Origin: an uncultured Gammaproteobacteria bacterium
Lineage (GTDB): Bacteria; Pseudomonadota; Gammaproteobacteria; CAWCPV01
Direction of reading: 5' to 3'
Assembly: GCA_963797555.1 (NCBI GenBank)
Contig: CAWCPV010000003.1
Coordinates: forward strand, 896,001-960,000
Length of the DNA stretch: 64,000 nucleotides
Position 1 is the first letter of the stretch. Each line of letters starts with the position of its first letter. A program made the position numbers and the translations under genes. A model generated the notes under the pieces. The model was not told the origin of the DNA, searched no databases, and worked only from the letters and a program-made list of their open reading frames with translations. Shown here one piece after another: positions 8,891 through 18,418 of the stretch.

Positions 8891-10396
8891 TCAGTGCGTC
8901 GTACCGAATTCCAGCGCGTCCCCCACCAGTTGGTGGACGCTCACGATCATGTCCATGCCGAAGCCATAATACGGCAACACCTTGGCGAACTGGCTCTTGC
9001 AGATGGCGCAGATGGCCGCCATGTGCGTCACGCCGTGGTCGTCCACGACGCGCTTGAGAGCCTCCATCCGCGGCAGGGCCCCTTTGACGCGCAGTTCCAT
9101 CAGGTCGTCCGTGAGCAGCCCGCCGCCGCCGCCGCAGCAGAAGGTCGCCTCGCCGATGGTCTCCGGCGCCATGTCGTAGAAACGCCGACAGGAGGCCTTG
9201 ATGATCTCCCGGGGGATGGTGAACTGCCCGCCAGGCATGTCACCCATGCGCGACGCGCGCGACACGTTGCACGAGTCGTGAAAAGTCAGCACCCGGTGGT
9301 CATTGGCCTCTTTATTCAATCTCAGGGCGCCCCGTTGGATCAGGTCGTAGGTGAGCTCGCAGATGTGCTGCGGGACGGGGTAGCGCTTGTCCAGGAAGTC
9401 GAACGGACCGATGAGCGTATTCCAGAAGCTGTACGCCACACGCCAGGCGTGCCCACACTCCCCCACCACGATGCGCTTGACCCCGAGATCCAGGGCCGCG
9501 TCGCGGATGCGCTGGGCCACCTTCTGCATGTTCTGATAGCTGCCGATGAAAATCCCGAAGTTTGCCGCCTCCGAGGCGTAGGAACTCAGCGTCCAGCGGA
9601 TGCCCGCTTGGTGGAACACCTTGCCATAGCCGATCAGCCCATCGACGTGAGGCTCCGCGAAGAAGTCCGCGGAAGGCGTGATGAGAAGGACTTCGGCACC
9701 TTTCTCGTCCACCGGATACCGGACGTCCGCCCCGGTACCCGTCTTGACCTCTTCCTCCAAGCCTTCCAGCGTATCCCGCAAGGCTGGCTCCGGCAGACCC
9801 AGGTTGTTCCCAATCTTGTGGACCTTGCCGATGATCTCGTTGGAGTACTTTTGTCCGATGCCGACACTGTCCAGAATCTCGCGCCCGGCCATGGTGATTT
9901 CGGCCGTGTCGATGCCGAACGGGCAGTACACCGAACAACGCCGACACTCGGAGCACTGGTGGTAGTACTTGTACCAGTCCTCCAGCACCTCCTCGGTCAG
10001 GTCCGCAGCGCCGACCAGTTTCGGGAAGTATTTGCCGCCAACGGTGAAGTAGCGCCGATAGACCTTGCGCAGCAGGTCCTGGCGTGCCACCGGCATGTTC
10101 TTGGGGTCCGCCGTCCCCAGATAGTAGTGGCACTTATCCGTGCAGGCGCCGCACTTGACACAGGAGTCCAGGAACACCTGCACCGAACGGTACTTGCCGA
10201 GGATCTCGCCCATCTTGTCGATGGCAACATCCTTCCAGTTGTCCACCAGCTTGCCTGGGAACCCGAGGGCGTCCTGGTGCTGCGGAGACGCCACAAAAGG
10301 CTTGCTGTGAGCCATCGCCCCCTCGCGAATGCGGGGGATGACCGTGACTTCCTTGAGTTCCGGCGTTTGGAACTTGTGCTGACCTGCGTGGGCCAC
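8891..10396 (-). CDS. dsrK: DsrK, HdrD-like catalytic subunit
   Basis: CVKCGACTDKC, CSECRRCSVYCP and CCG domain (FHDSC...CCGGGGG...CAIC). Confidence 0.95.
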   Translation of the reverse strand: MAHAGQHKFQTPELKEVTVIPRIREGAMAHSKPFVASPQHQDALGFPGKLVDNWKDVAIDKMGEILGKYRSVQVFLDSCVKCGACTDKCHYYLGTADPKNMPVARQDLLRKVYRRYFTVGGKYFPKLVGAADLTEEVLEDWYKYYHQCSECRRCSVYCPFGIDTAEITMAGREILDSVGIGQKYSNEIIGKVHKIGNNLGLPEPALRDTLEGLEEEVKTGTGADVRYPVDEKGAEVLLITPSADFFAEPHVDGLIGYGKVFHQAGIRWTLSSYASEAANFGIFIGSYQNMQKVAQRIRDAALDLGVKRIVVGECGHAWRVAYSFWNTLIGPFDFLDKRYPVPQHICELTYDLIQRGALRLNKEANDHRVLTFHDSCNVSRASRMGDMPGGQFTIPREIIKASCRRFYDMAPETIGEATFCCGGGGGLLTDDLMELRVKGALPRMEALKRVVDDHGVTHMAAICAICKSQFAKVLPYYGFGMDMIVSVHQLVGDALEFGTTH

Positions 10397-10416
10397 TGGC
10401 TTACTCCTCTGTCAGG

Positions 10417-11154
10417 TCACTGACCACCAGCGCGGAGCTGCTCTGCCCACGCCGCGACGTGCCGCTTCTCTCGCGGATTGTCCACTTGGTTGCGCGTCGG
10501 ACTAAAGAACAACCCGGGTGCATGGAGCAGCTTGCTGTAAGGGAACACGATCAGGAGTGTGGCGACCAGCGCTAGGTGGATCAGCAGCATGGGATCGGCG
10601 GGCAGCCGCTGCCAATCGAAGTACATGAGCCCGAGGACAAACGCCTTCAGGCGCACGACGTCGGTGTGCCAGACGTACCTCATCAACAGCCCGCTCGCCC
10701 CGATGCCCACGAGCAGGGCCAGCATCAGGTGGTCAGAGGGTGCGGAGATGTAGCGAACACGATCGACGAGGAACCGGCGCCCCCATAACCCCAGCAGACC
10801 GAGGACCATGGCGTACGCCGCGTACTTTCCATACGGCTGCACCAGCTCAACCCAGTCCCACACCGGGTGGGTAAAATACCGCAGGTGGCGCAGCAGAACG
10901 AGCAGCAAAGCGAAATGGAAGACCCAGCCGAATAGCCACGTCCACTTGTTGCCCTTGAACAGGCTTTGGAAGAACACCACCTCGCGGAACATCCTAGCCA
11001 CGACACCGGCCCGGGTGGTAGGCGCCGGGGTCGTCGGAATCTTCAGCGGCGCTGGGATGCGTGCATACCGCTGGACGCGATATGTCAGCCCGCCGACGAG
11101 AATTGCGGTCGCCGCGTAAAAGAGCAGTGCATAAACAAACGTCAGAACCCACAT
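10417..11154 (-). CDS. dsrM: DsrM membrane b-type cytochrome (NarI-like)
   Basis: LKIPTTPAP, WVFH...LRHLRYF, LIHL...SKLLHAPG (heme-ligand His residues). Confidence 0.93.
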   Translation of the reverse strand: MWVLTFVYALLFYAATAILVGGLTYRVQRYARIPAPLKIPTTPAPTTRAGVVARMFREVVFFQSLFKGNKWTWLFGWVFHFALLLVLLRHLRYFTHPVWDWVELVQPYGKYAAYAMVLGLLGLWGRRFLVDRVRYISAPSDHLMLALLVGIGASGLLMRYVWHTDVVRLKAFVLGLMYFDWQRLPADPMLLIHLALVATLLIVFPYSKLLHAPGLFFSPTRNQVDNPREKRHVAAWAEQLRAGGQ

Positions 11155-11192
11155 GGTCCCGCAGCCTTATCCAGATGGACTGAGAAGGGGCG

Positions 11193-11216
11193 CGGGGGGC
11201 GTATTCGCGCCCCCCG
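11193..11216 (-). terminator. GC-rich hairpin just 3' of dsrC (possible attenuator or mRNA stabiliser)
   Basis: CGGGGGGCG-TATTCG-CGCCCCCCG forms a perfect 9-bp stem 11 nt after the dsrC stop; it has only a weak U-tail. Confidence 0.5.
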
Positions 11217-11227
11217 ACGAATCCGAA

Positions 11228-11560
11228 TCAGACGCAACCGGTCGGCTTGGGCAGACCGGCGTACTTGCATGCCTGCTTCGCCGGACCGTACGGGAACAGC
11301 TCGTAGAGGTACTTGCTGTTGCCCTTGTCCGGCCCCAGCTTCTTGCCGATAGCCTTGGTCAGGACGCGAACAGCGGGTGCGATCTGGTATTCCTGATAGT
11401 ACTCTCGCAGGAAATTGAGCACTTCCCAATGGCTCTCGCTCAGAGGCAGGCCATCCTCTGTCGCCATCTTGTCGGCCACCTCGGGCTCCCAGTCGCTCAG
11501 GTTGGCCAGGTAACCCTCCTCGTCCGTCTCCAGCATCTTCCCGTTGACTTCAATCGCCAT
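11228..11560 (-). CDS. dsrC: DsrC sulfur carrier
   Basis: TDEEGYL N-terminus; C-terminus QACKYAGLPKPTGCV carries both conserved Cys. Confidence 0.97.
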   Translation of the reverse strand: MAIEVNGKMLETDEEGYLANLSDWEPEVADKMATEDGLPLSESHWEVLNFLREYYQEYQIAPAVRVLTKAIGKKLGPDKGNSKYLYELFPYGPAKQACKYAGLPKPTGCV

Positions 11561-11605
11561 GATGCCGTCTCCTCGTCGTCGCTAATAAACAGACTGTGCT
11601 ACAGT

Positions 11606-11908
11606 TCACAGCCAGGACTGGACCTTGTCGTGCTCGACCACGAGGTCCACGAACCCGCCATAATCGACGAGATGCACGCCGTCGATCACCTTGGTCTCCT
11701 CCATTCCGCGCGCCTTGAGGTCGGGTCCCAGGACATAGACCCGGTGGCGCTCCATCGCCTGCCTTATGTCACCTTCCACGACCGTCCCTTTCATGGCTGC
11801 GTACACCCCATCCTCTATGAACAGGATCGCGCTGCCGGGCTTGGCCAGCCGCAAACAGGCATCCAAGCTTCTCTTCTCGAACGGTGACTTATTTACCGTG
11901 TGCAACAT
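11606..11908 (-). CDS. dsrH: DsrH/TusB
   Basis: MLHTVNKSPF...CLR...IEDGVYAA...DLKARG...QSWL. Confidence 0.95.
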   Translation of the reverse strand: MLHTVNKSPFEKRSLDACLRLAKPGSAILFIEDGVYAAMKGTVVEGDIRQAMERHRVYVLGPDLKARGMEETKVIDGVHLVDYGGFVDLVVEHDKVQSWL

Positions 11909-11924
11909 CCCAGGTCGGGCCTCC

Positions 11925-12323
11925 CTAGTAGTTCAGGATGACGTCCTGCTGTTCCAGCAAGTCAGCAAGCTGCGCGCGGCCGAGCACCTCCACCGGGACC
12001 ATCAGATCATCCTCGGTCAGGCCACGCTCCTCCAGCGACTCCTTCTCTACGTAAAGCTTCTCCACGTCATACATCTCCAAGGCTCGGTACGTGGGGGAGA
12101 AATTCTTCATGCCGGACTGGGAAGTATCCTGCCCTTTCTTGAGCTGATACACCCCGTCGTCCACGAACGCCACGCTCACGTCCTGCTCGAACGCCGCACC
12201 GATCAGCACCACCTCCAGACCCTCGAGCGCGTAGATGGTGCCGTAGGGCGCCCTGCGGTTGACGTACATGAACTTCTTGACTACACCGCCCTGCCGACCG
12301 TCGTCTTCCATCATCTCAGCCAT
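11925..12323 (-). CDS. dsrF: DsrF/TusC
   Basis: RRAPYGTIYALEGLEVVLIGAAFEQDVS..FVDDGVYQL. Confidence 0.95.
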   Translation of the reverse strand: MAEMMEDDGRQGGVVKKFMYVNRRAPYGTIYALEGLEVVLIGAAFEQDVSVAFVDDGVYQLKKGQDTSQSGMKNFSPTYRALEMYDVEKLYVEKESLEERGLTEDDLMVPVEVLGRAQLADLLEQQDVILNY

Positions 12324-12338
12324 CCGCTCGATGCTCCG

Positions 12339-12731
12339 TCAGTCCCCGAAGGCCACCAGACGATCCGCCTGGACGCCTGCCTCGATAAGCTGACCCAGGC
12401 CGGAGATGCGAAAGCCGGGGGCGATGTTGTCGGCATCCTTGCCGTGACGCTTCTTCTCTTCGACATCCACGATGCCACGGCGCTGGGCGGCAGCCACGCA
12501 GACCACCAGATCGAGCCCATACTTCTCGGCGAGATCCGTCCAGCGCTTCTGGATGTGCCGGTCGTCCTGGGGCGGCGTGGTGAGACGTGTGCCGTTGTTC
12601 ACACCGTCGTGGTAGAAGAACACGCGATACACCTGGTGACCCTTCTCCAACGCCGCCTTGGTGAACTGGTACGCGCTGTCGGCGGCCTGATGCGTGTAGG
12701 GCCCCTCGTTTACGAGTATGGCGAGCTTCAT
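12339..12731 (-). CDS. dsrE: DsrE/TusD sulfurtransferase
   Basis: EGPYTHQA, FFYHDGV, active-site VVCVAAAQRRG, and SGLGQL. Start trimmed to ATG 12731. Confidence 0.95.
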   Translation of the reverse strand: MKLAILVNEGPYTHQAADSAYQFTKAALEKGHQVYRVFFYHDGVNNGTRLTTPPQDDRHIQKRWTDLAEKYGLDLVVCVAAAQRRGIVDVEEKKRHGKDADNIAPGFRISGLGQLIEAGVQADRLVAFGD

Positions 12732-12748
12732 GGGCGTGCGACTATCGC

Positions 12749-13825
12749 TCAGAACCGGATATGGGCCGACGCGTTCAGGCTCTTGCGCGCACCGCGCCAG
12801 TTGTCCAGATGGAACTTGGTGAACGGCAAGTCGGTAAGCTCGAAGAAGCGCGTCCAACCGATGCGATCGATCCAGTCGTTCATGCGCTCCCAGTCCTTGG
12901 CATCCTGCTGATATGCTTTGAGGATGCGCTTGACGATGGCGCTCGCTTCGGGCCAGCGCGGCGGGTTGTTGGGGATGCCGGCCGCAACCAGCTTCTGGAA
13001 CGTGGGCTTACTGCGCGCGTTCGAGTGGTTGCCCCCCACCCAAATCGCCAGCTTCGAGTGCTCCGGGTCGTTGATCTGCATGGGCGGACAAGGCGGATAG
13101 CAGGCACCGCAGCAGATACACTTCTTCTCGTCCACCTCCAGGGAAGGCTTGCCGTTCACCTGGGCCGGCCGAATCGCCGCCACCGGGCAGCGGGCCACCA
13201 CGGATGGACGCTCGCACACGTTGGCGACGAGGTCGTGGTTGATCTTGGGAGGCTTGGTGTGCTGAATGTTGATGGCGATGTCGCCCTGACCCCCGCAGTT
13301 GATCTGGCAGCAGGAGGTGGTGATGTGCACGCGGTTCGGCATTCGGCAGGTCCTAAACTCGTCGATGAGTTCGTCCATCATCGCCTTCACCACCCCGGAG
13401 GCATCGGTACCCGGGATGTCGCAGTGCAGCCAGCCCTGGGTATGCGAGATGAAAGCCACCGAATTGGCCGTACCGCCGACGGGAAAGCCTGCCTCCTCCA
13501 AGGCGTTGATAAGAGGCTCCACCTTGGAACCGTCGGCCACCATGACCTCCGGTAGGCTGCGGATGGTGAACCGCAGGTGACCCTCACCGTATTTATCCAC
13601 GATGTCGGTCAACTTGCGCAGCGTGAAAACGTCCAGGATACGCTGCGTGCCGCACTTCACCGTCCAGATCTCGTCCCCGCTGTGGGCCACGTGCCGCAGC
13701 ACGCCCGGACGGGGATGCTCGTGGTACTTCCACTGACCGTAGTTTTTCTGCATGAGCGGATGCATGTACTGGAAACCATCCGGGCATCCACTCTCGATCG
13801 GCGTCCGATGCTGAGCTTGCGCCAT
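12749..13825 (-). CDS. dsrB: Dissimilatory sulfite reductase beta subunit (reverse type)
   Basis: HTQGWLHCDIP, SCCQINCG, and ferredoxin CICCGACYPPCP; cluster includes dsrEFH and dsrL. Confidence 0.97.
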   Translation of the reverse strand: MAQAQHRTPIESGCPDGFQYMHPLMQKNYGQWKYHEHPRPGVLRHVAHSGDEIWTVKCGTQRILDVFTLRKLTDIVDKYGEGHLRFTIRSLPEVMVADGSKVEPLINALEEAGFPVGGTANSVAFISHTQGWLHCDIPGTDASGVVKAMMDELIDEFRTCRMPNRVHITTSCCQINCGGQGDIAINIQHTKPPKINHDLVANVCERPSVVARCPVAAIRPAQVNGKPSLEVDEKKCICCGACYPPCPPMQINDPEHSKLAIWVGGNHSNARSKPTFQKLVAAGIPNNPPRWPEASAIVKRILKAYQQDAKDWERMNDWIDRIGWTRFFELTDLPFTKFHLDNWRGARKSLNASAHIRF

Positions 13826-13934
13826 TGCTAACCTCCAAACGGGTATTGCGCAGACATTAAGCTGGCGCAGAGGGCGGTAGCATGTCCCGCCCCACGCGCC
13901 GCCCTACGATACGGCGTCTCTGCGAAGGGACCAG

Positions 13935-15206
13935 CTAGCCCGCCGCAGCGTGCTTCTGCTCGGCCCTGCGCTGGAACCACTTCTCAGCCTCCTCGTCCCA
14001 CGTGTCCAAGCGCACGTAACTGCTCTCGCGGGGATGGTTGATCATGTTCGGGTCGGGCTCGACGCCGATACCCTCGAGGAAGTTCACCAGTCCGATGCGC
14101 TCGATCATCTCGCCGCAGCGCTCGTGCTCCAAGCCGTTTTCGGCCCAGAAGTCGATGGTGCGCTCGGCGAGTTCCACCAGCTTCTGGTAATCGTCCTCGC
14201 TTTCCAGCTTCGTGAAGGGGACGATGACGGTGCCCATCATGTCGCCGATCTTCAGGGTGCGCTTGCCGCCGATGAGGATGCTTACACCCTTGTCGTCTCC
14301 CGGCGAGAGCGCCTTGGTCATGACATTCAGGCAGTGCATGCAGCGCACGCAGTTGCGGTTCTCCACGCTCAGCGTGTCGTCGTCATTCAACGACATGCAG
14401 TTCGTTGGACAGCGGGCGATGACGTTGTCGATCACGTACTTGCGGCCCTTCTTTTGGACGAAAGCCCGGACCTCGTCCTGATCCACTTTCATATCATCGC
14501 GCCAAGTGCCGATGACGGCGAAGTCCGCGCGCTCGATGGAGTTGGTGCAGTCGTTGGGACAACCGGAGACTTTGAACTTGAACTTATACGGCAGGGCCGG
14601 ACGGTGTACGTCGTCGGTGAAGTTGTTGACCAGCGTGCGGTGAATCTTCTGCTCGTTGGCGCAGGATTGCTCACAGCGAGCGGACCCCACGCAGGACATC
14701 GCGGTGCGCACGCACGGGCCAGCGCCGCCGAGGTCGAAGCCGTAGTCGTTGATCTCGTCGAAGAAGTGCTGGGTGTTCTCGGTGGTCGCGCCGATGAACA
14801 TGATGTTGCCGGTCTGACCGTGGAAAGTGACCAGCCCGGAGCCCCACTTTTCCCAGCTGTCCGCGAGCTGGCGCAGGATGGCGGTGTTGTAGAAGTTGCC
14901 GGCAGGTGGCTGAACGCGCAACGTGTGAAACTCCCTGGACTTCGGGAACTGATTGCCCACCTCCGAGAAGCGCGGAATGATGCCACCCCCATAACCATAG
15001 ACGCTGACCGTTCCCCCTTTCCAGTAACCCTTGCGAGTCTCGTAAGAGTGCTCCAACTGCCCGAGCAGGTCATTCGCCACGCCGCGAATCCGTCCATCGT
15101 CGTGGCCGTCCCGCAGACGCTTGATCCCAGAGATGAAGCTCGGCCAGGGGCCGTGCTCAAGCTCGTCCAGCATCGGGGTTTCATGCTTCTTGGTCTCTTC
15201 CGCCAT
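13935..15206 (-). CDS. dsrA: Dissimilatory sulfite reductase alpha subunit (reverse type)
   Basis: TPMLDELEHGPWPSF, WKGG...GYGGGII, siroheme motif CVGSARC...SGCPNDC, and CVRCMHC. Confidence 0.97.
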   Translation of the reverse strand: MAEETKKHETPMLDELEHGPWPSFISGIKRLRDGHDDGRIRGVANDLLGQLEHSYETRKGYWKGGTVSVYGYGGGIIPRFSEVGNQFPKSREFHTLRVQPPAGNFYNTAILRQLADSWEKWGSGLVTFHGQTGNIMFIGATTENTQHFFDEINDYGFDLGGAGPCVRTAMSCVGSARCEQSCANEQKIHRTLVNNFTDDVHRPALPYKFKFKVSGCPNDCTNSIERADFAVIGTWRDDMKVDQDEVRAFVQKKGRKYVIDNVIARCPTNCMSLNDDDTLSVENRNCVRCMHCLNVMTKALSPGDDKGVSILIGGKRTLKIGDMMGTVIVPFTKLESEDDYQKLVELAERTIDFWAENGLEHERCGEMIERIGLVNFLEGIGVEPDPNMINHPRESSYVRLDTWDEEAEKWFQRRAEQKHAAAG

Positions 15207-15419
15207 GGCGTTCGCCTCCTGTCAATCCTCGGTTTGCACGTCGATTAATCGAGACAGATTATGTCAAGTCCGCGCGAGAGGAGAAATCTGCGACAGGCCA
15301 GACCGGCAACACCCGCCCGCCCACCGGCCGGCACGCACCACCCAGCCTTCGCTCGCGCCCACCGCAACCGCCCAACTACGCCAACTTCGCTCGCCGCGCG
15401 AGGATACTCAAGGTCATAT

Positions 15420-15500
15420 ATAGTAACGCAGCCTCGGAGCGGCGCATACCCTACCGATGGGATAAGGTATTGCCGACGCCCTACCCCAAAAGAGATAGGT
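15420..15500 (-). promoter_or_regulatory. Putative dsrA promoter with two upstream operator-like boxes
   Basis: A TACTAT -10-like hexamer is on the minus strand at 15420-15425. ATACC-N15-GGTAT (15446-15470) and CCCTACCCC..GATAGG (15479-15499) share a CCCTACC...GATA(A)GGT core. Confidence 0.35.
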
Positions 15501-15678
15501 TACTTCAGGGACTGGACAGTGTCATCCGGAACGCGACATGCCGATCCTCGGACTGAACCTCCGGACCCCTATCGAGGTCGTACACGCCACTCTTGCTCGT
15601 ACCGGGAACGCTGCGGCGGACCTGACCGCGCCTGCGCCGTTCCCGCATAGGATACCCCCACCGGGTGGGTGCCGCTGG

Positions 15679-15812
15679 GGGCTTGTGAATAGTTCCGCTG
15701 CAGGTCTCGATAGCGGCCTTGCGCTCGCTCCGCGCCCATCGACTGGATAGGTGTCGTCGCTGCACTCCGTGCGCCTTGCCGCCGGGCGCTGTCGCGATTT
15801 CTTCACAAGCTC
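15679..15812. mobile_element. MITE-like inverted-repeat element, copy 1 (longest)
   Basis: Termini GCTTGTGAA (15681-89) and TTCACAAGC (15802-10). The right end CGATTTCTTCACAAGCTCTGA is identical to the one at ~32024-32044. Confidence 0.65.
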
Positions 15813-15837
15813 TGAGACTCCCGCGGCCCGGCCAAAG

Positions 15838-16902
15838 CTAGAGACGCTCCTTGAGCCAGGCAGCGATAGCGGACGGAATCTCCTTCTGCGCCCGGCCACT
15901 CACGTAGACGCCGATATGCCCCCCCTTGAAGGGCAATGCCGTATAGTCGTCCGTCCCGACGCACGACTGCAGGGCAATGGACGACTCGGGGGGCACCAGA
16001 TGGTCCTGGGTCGCATAGACGTTGAAGATTGGCATGGTAACCTGCTGCAGATCGACTTGCCGGCCACCGATCGCCAGGTCGCCCTTAATCAACGCGTTGC
16101 GCTGGTAAAAGTCCTTAATGAACTGCCTGAACGCCTCACCGGCCTGATCGGGACTGTCGAAGATCCACTTCTCCATGCGCACGAAATTGCGCAACTTCTC
16201 GGGGTCGTCGAGCATGTCCACCAGATCGAGGTACTTTTGACCGGTAAGGCGGAATGGCTTCAAGGACAGGAACGTCCAGTTGAGCAGCTCGCCTGGGACG
16301 TTGCCTAGCGTATCCACCAGCAGATCGACATCGACGTGCTGCGCCCAGCGCCCCAAGGTGTTGTTGTCGGTGTGGAAATCGACCGGCGTCACCATGGTGA
16401 TGAGGTTGCGGACCCTCTCCGGATACAACGCGCTGAAACACAGGCTGAAGGTCCCGCCCTGGCAGATGCCTAGCACATTGAGGCGACCCACGCCGTGCTG
16501 TTCGCAGATGTGCTCGACGCAGCGCCGAATGTACCCGTTGATATAGTCGTCCAGTCCTAGATAGCGGTCCGCTAGGTCCGGATAACCCCAGTCGATAAGG
16601 TAGAGATCCAACCCCTGCTCCAAGAGGCGCCGTACCAGTGAGCGGTCCTCTTGCAGATCAGTCATGTAGGGTCGGTTTACCAAAGCGTAAACGATGAGCA
16701 CCGGCACGCGGACCGGCTGCTCCACCAGGGGGCGGAAGTGGTACAGGACGAGCTTGTCCTCGGAATACACCGGGTCTTTGGGGGTCACCCCGACGTCGAC
16801 TTGACCTAAGCCGCTGAGTGTGACTATGCCCTTGCTGAGCTTCTCCGTAAATCCGAGCAACTCCTGGCCGAGCTTGTGCGGCTGTAACGCGAAAGGAAAC
16901 AC
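15838..16902 (-). CDS. phaC: Class III PHA synthase subunit PhaC
   Basis: YALVNRPYMTDLQ, lipase-box GICQGG, DHLVP and GGHIG; adjacent to phaE. Confidence 0.95.
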   Translation of the reverse strand: MFPFALQPHKLGQELLGFTEKLSKGIVTLSGLGQVDVGVTPKDPVYSEDKLVLYHFRPLVEQPVRVPVLIVYALVNRPYMTDLQEDRSLVRRLLEQGLDLYLIDWGYPDLADRYLGLDDYINGYIRRCVEHICEQHGVGRLNVLGICQGGTFSLCFSALYPERVRNLITMVTPVDFHTDNNTLGRWAQHVDVDLLVDTLGNVPGELLNWTFLSLKPFRLTGQKYLDLVDMLDDPEKLRNFVRMEKWIFDSPDQAGEAFRQFIKDFYQRNALIKGDLAIGGRQVDLQQVTMPIFNVYATQDHLVPPESSIALQSCVGTDDYTALPFKGGHIGVYVSGRAQKEIPSAIAAWLKERL

Positions 16903-16905
16903 GGG

Positions 16906-18135
16906 CTATCCTCCTCGCTTGGGCTGAGCCCGGGGTTTGCGCGACTTGGCGGCACTTCTGGCACCGGGGGCGCCCTTCGCCGCTGACGGCGCCAGCGATG
17001 TGCGGGATGCCCTGAGGGTTGCCAGTTCCTCTCGCAGCTGCGTTACCTGGGCTTTCACATCCGCAACGTCCAGACCTTCCACATCCTCGCGGAGCTTCCC
17101 CACCGCCCGCGAAAGATCCTCTGCGTCTGTCTTCTTGGCCTGTGCCTCCAATTCCTTGACCCGCTGGTTGAGGTGGTGAGCACGCTGGTGAGCAGTGTTC
17201 AGCTCGTGCCGGCTCGGCATATTCATCGCACTCAGCACCTCGTCCACCATGAGCTGCCCATGCCGCTTCAAGGCCATCGAGGAGTTGACCAGTGCGGCAC
17301 TAAGCTCACCGTATTCGCCGCTGGACACGACCTCCGCATAGGCGTCCTCCCCACAGTCGACCCACAGGTCATACAGCGCTCTTGCAGTCTCCAACTGCTT
17401 GTCGCTCGAGGCCATTTCCAGGACTTTGCGCTGGAAGATCTCGAGGGCGCGCACGCCGACCTTTGCGAATACCGTCGTGTACTTGCGCAGTGCCTCGACG
17501 TAGTCCATCCAGTAGCGCATGGCCTCCTGCACCTGCTCCTGCGACTCGCGCGTGTAGCCCAGCGGAGGGATGGACAGGTACTGCTCGAATTTCAGGCGCA
17601 AGGCGTCTCCGATGTGGCGTACGTCCTCCTGCTTGAGGACTTGGAGCAAGTCTCCGGGGAATAGCGACAGCGACGAGGCGACCCGCCTCCAAGTGTCCAT
17701 CGGCAACCCCAAAAGGGCCATGCAGCCCTGTGCAGCGCCACTCGAGTTGGAGCAAGCCTTATTGAAGGCGTCTTTGGCCTGCTCGAGGCTGCGGTTAACG
17801 GCAGCCATCCAGTCGGCACCCGCCTTGTGGGCCGCCTCCACGTTGTTGAGCGCGCTAAATAGCTGCTCGCTCAAGCCTAGATAGCTGAACCCCTGATCCA
17901 GCAGCCGACCGTACAGCTCCTGGACCGGACCCTCAGTCTGGGACCTCAGCGCCGCCTGCCAGCGCTCTAGTCCTTCTCGCCAAAGCCGCCACGGGTCCGC
18001 ACTCACGCGCGCGCCGGCGCCGACCGCGGGGATGATCGACTGTCGGCCGAGCGATACCCACGCTTCCCAAGAACGCCGCTGTACGTCGGCCCATGCTTGC
18101 ATCCACTTGCCCGTCAACTCGGGTTGCTCATCCAT
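16906..18135 (-). CDS. phaE: Class III PHA synthase subunit PhaE
   Basis: PPLGYTRESQEQ, ARALYDLWVDCGEDAY and MNMPSRHEL; 3 nt upstream of phaC. Confidence 0.9.
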   Translation of the reverse strand: MDEQPELTGKWMQAWADVQRRSWEAWVSLGRQSIIPAVGAGARVSADPWRLWREGLERWQAALRSQTEGPVQELYGRLLDQGFSYLGLSEQLFSALNNVEAAHKAGADWMAAVNRSLEQAKDAFNKACSNSSGAAQGCMALLGLPMDTWRRVASSLSLFPGDLLQVLKQEDVRHIGDALRLKFEQYLSIPPLGYTRESQEQVQEAMRYWMDYVEALRKYTTVFAKVGVRALEIFQRKVLEMASSDKQLETARALYDLWVDCGEDAYAEVVSSGEYGELSAALVNSSMALKRHGQLMVDEVLSAMNMPSRHELNTAHQRAHHLNQRVKELEAQAKKTDAEDLSRAVGKLREDVEGLDVADVKAQVTQLREELATLRASRTSLAPSAAKGAPGARSAAKSRKPRAQPKRGG

Positions 18136-18244
18136 GGTTCACCTTCTCGCTCGTCCGGGGCCACCGCCGGTCCGGCCCGGGCAATATTACACCGCCGCGA
18201 AGCATCTGGGATCGGGCGAGAAGTCTATCACGCACATAATTACA

Positions 18245-18269
18245 CCGCAACATCAATGGTTTGTTGCGG
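18245..18269. promoter_or_regulatory. Inverted repeat upstream of phaE, possible PhaR-type site
   Basis: CCGCAACA-N9-TGTTGCGG is a perfect 8-bp inverted repeat about 110 nt upstream of phaE. Confidence 0.45.
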
Positions 18270-18354
18270 CGTGGGGATGCGCGCCGGGCCGCGGATGGCG
18301 CGCGAAGTTGAACATCCATAGCGGGCCATAGGCCCAACGAACAGCGAGGAAATA

Positions 18355-18393
18355 GTACTCCCTAAGTACCACATATTCGGACTATAATGGTCC
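18355..18393 (+). promoter_or_regulatory. Tandem operator pair overlapping the -10 box of the SUF operon
   Basis: GTAC-N7-GTAC (18355-69) and GGAC-TATAATG-GTCC (18379-93); the second encloses TATAAT. Confidence 0.55.
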
Positions 18394-18418
18394 CAGTTTT
18401 TCTGAGGAGGCGGCACTT

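Noticed and set aside
4155-15248. Long plus-strand ORFs (4155-5615, 6438-7616, 8816-10423, 11766-12911, 13950-15248)
   Set aside because: They are antisense shadows of dsr genes, expected in high-GC DNA with biased codons, and carry no recognisable motifs.
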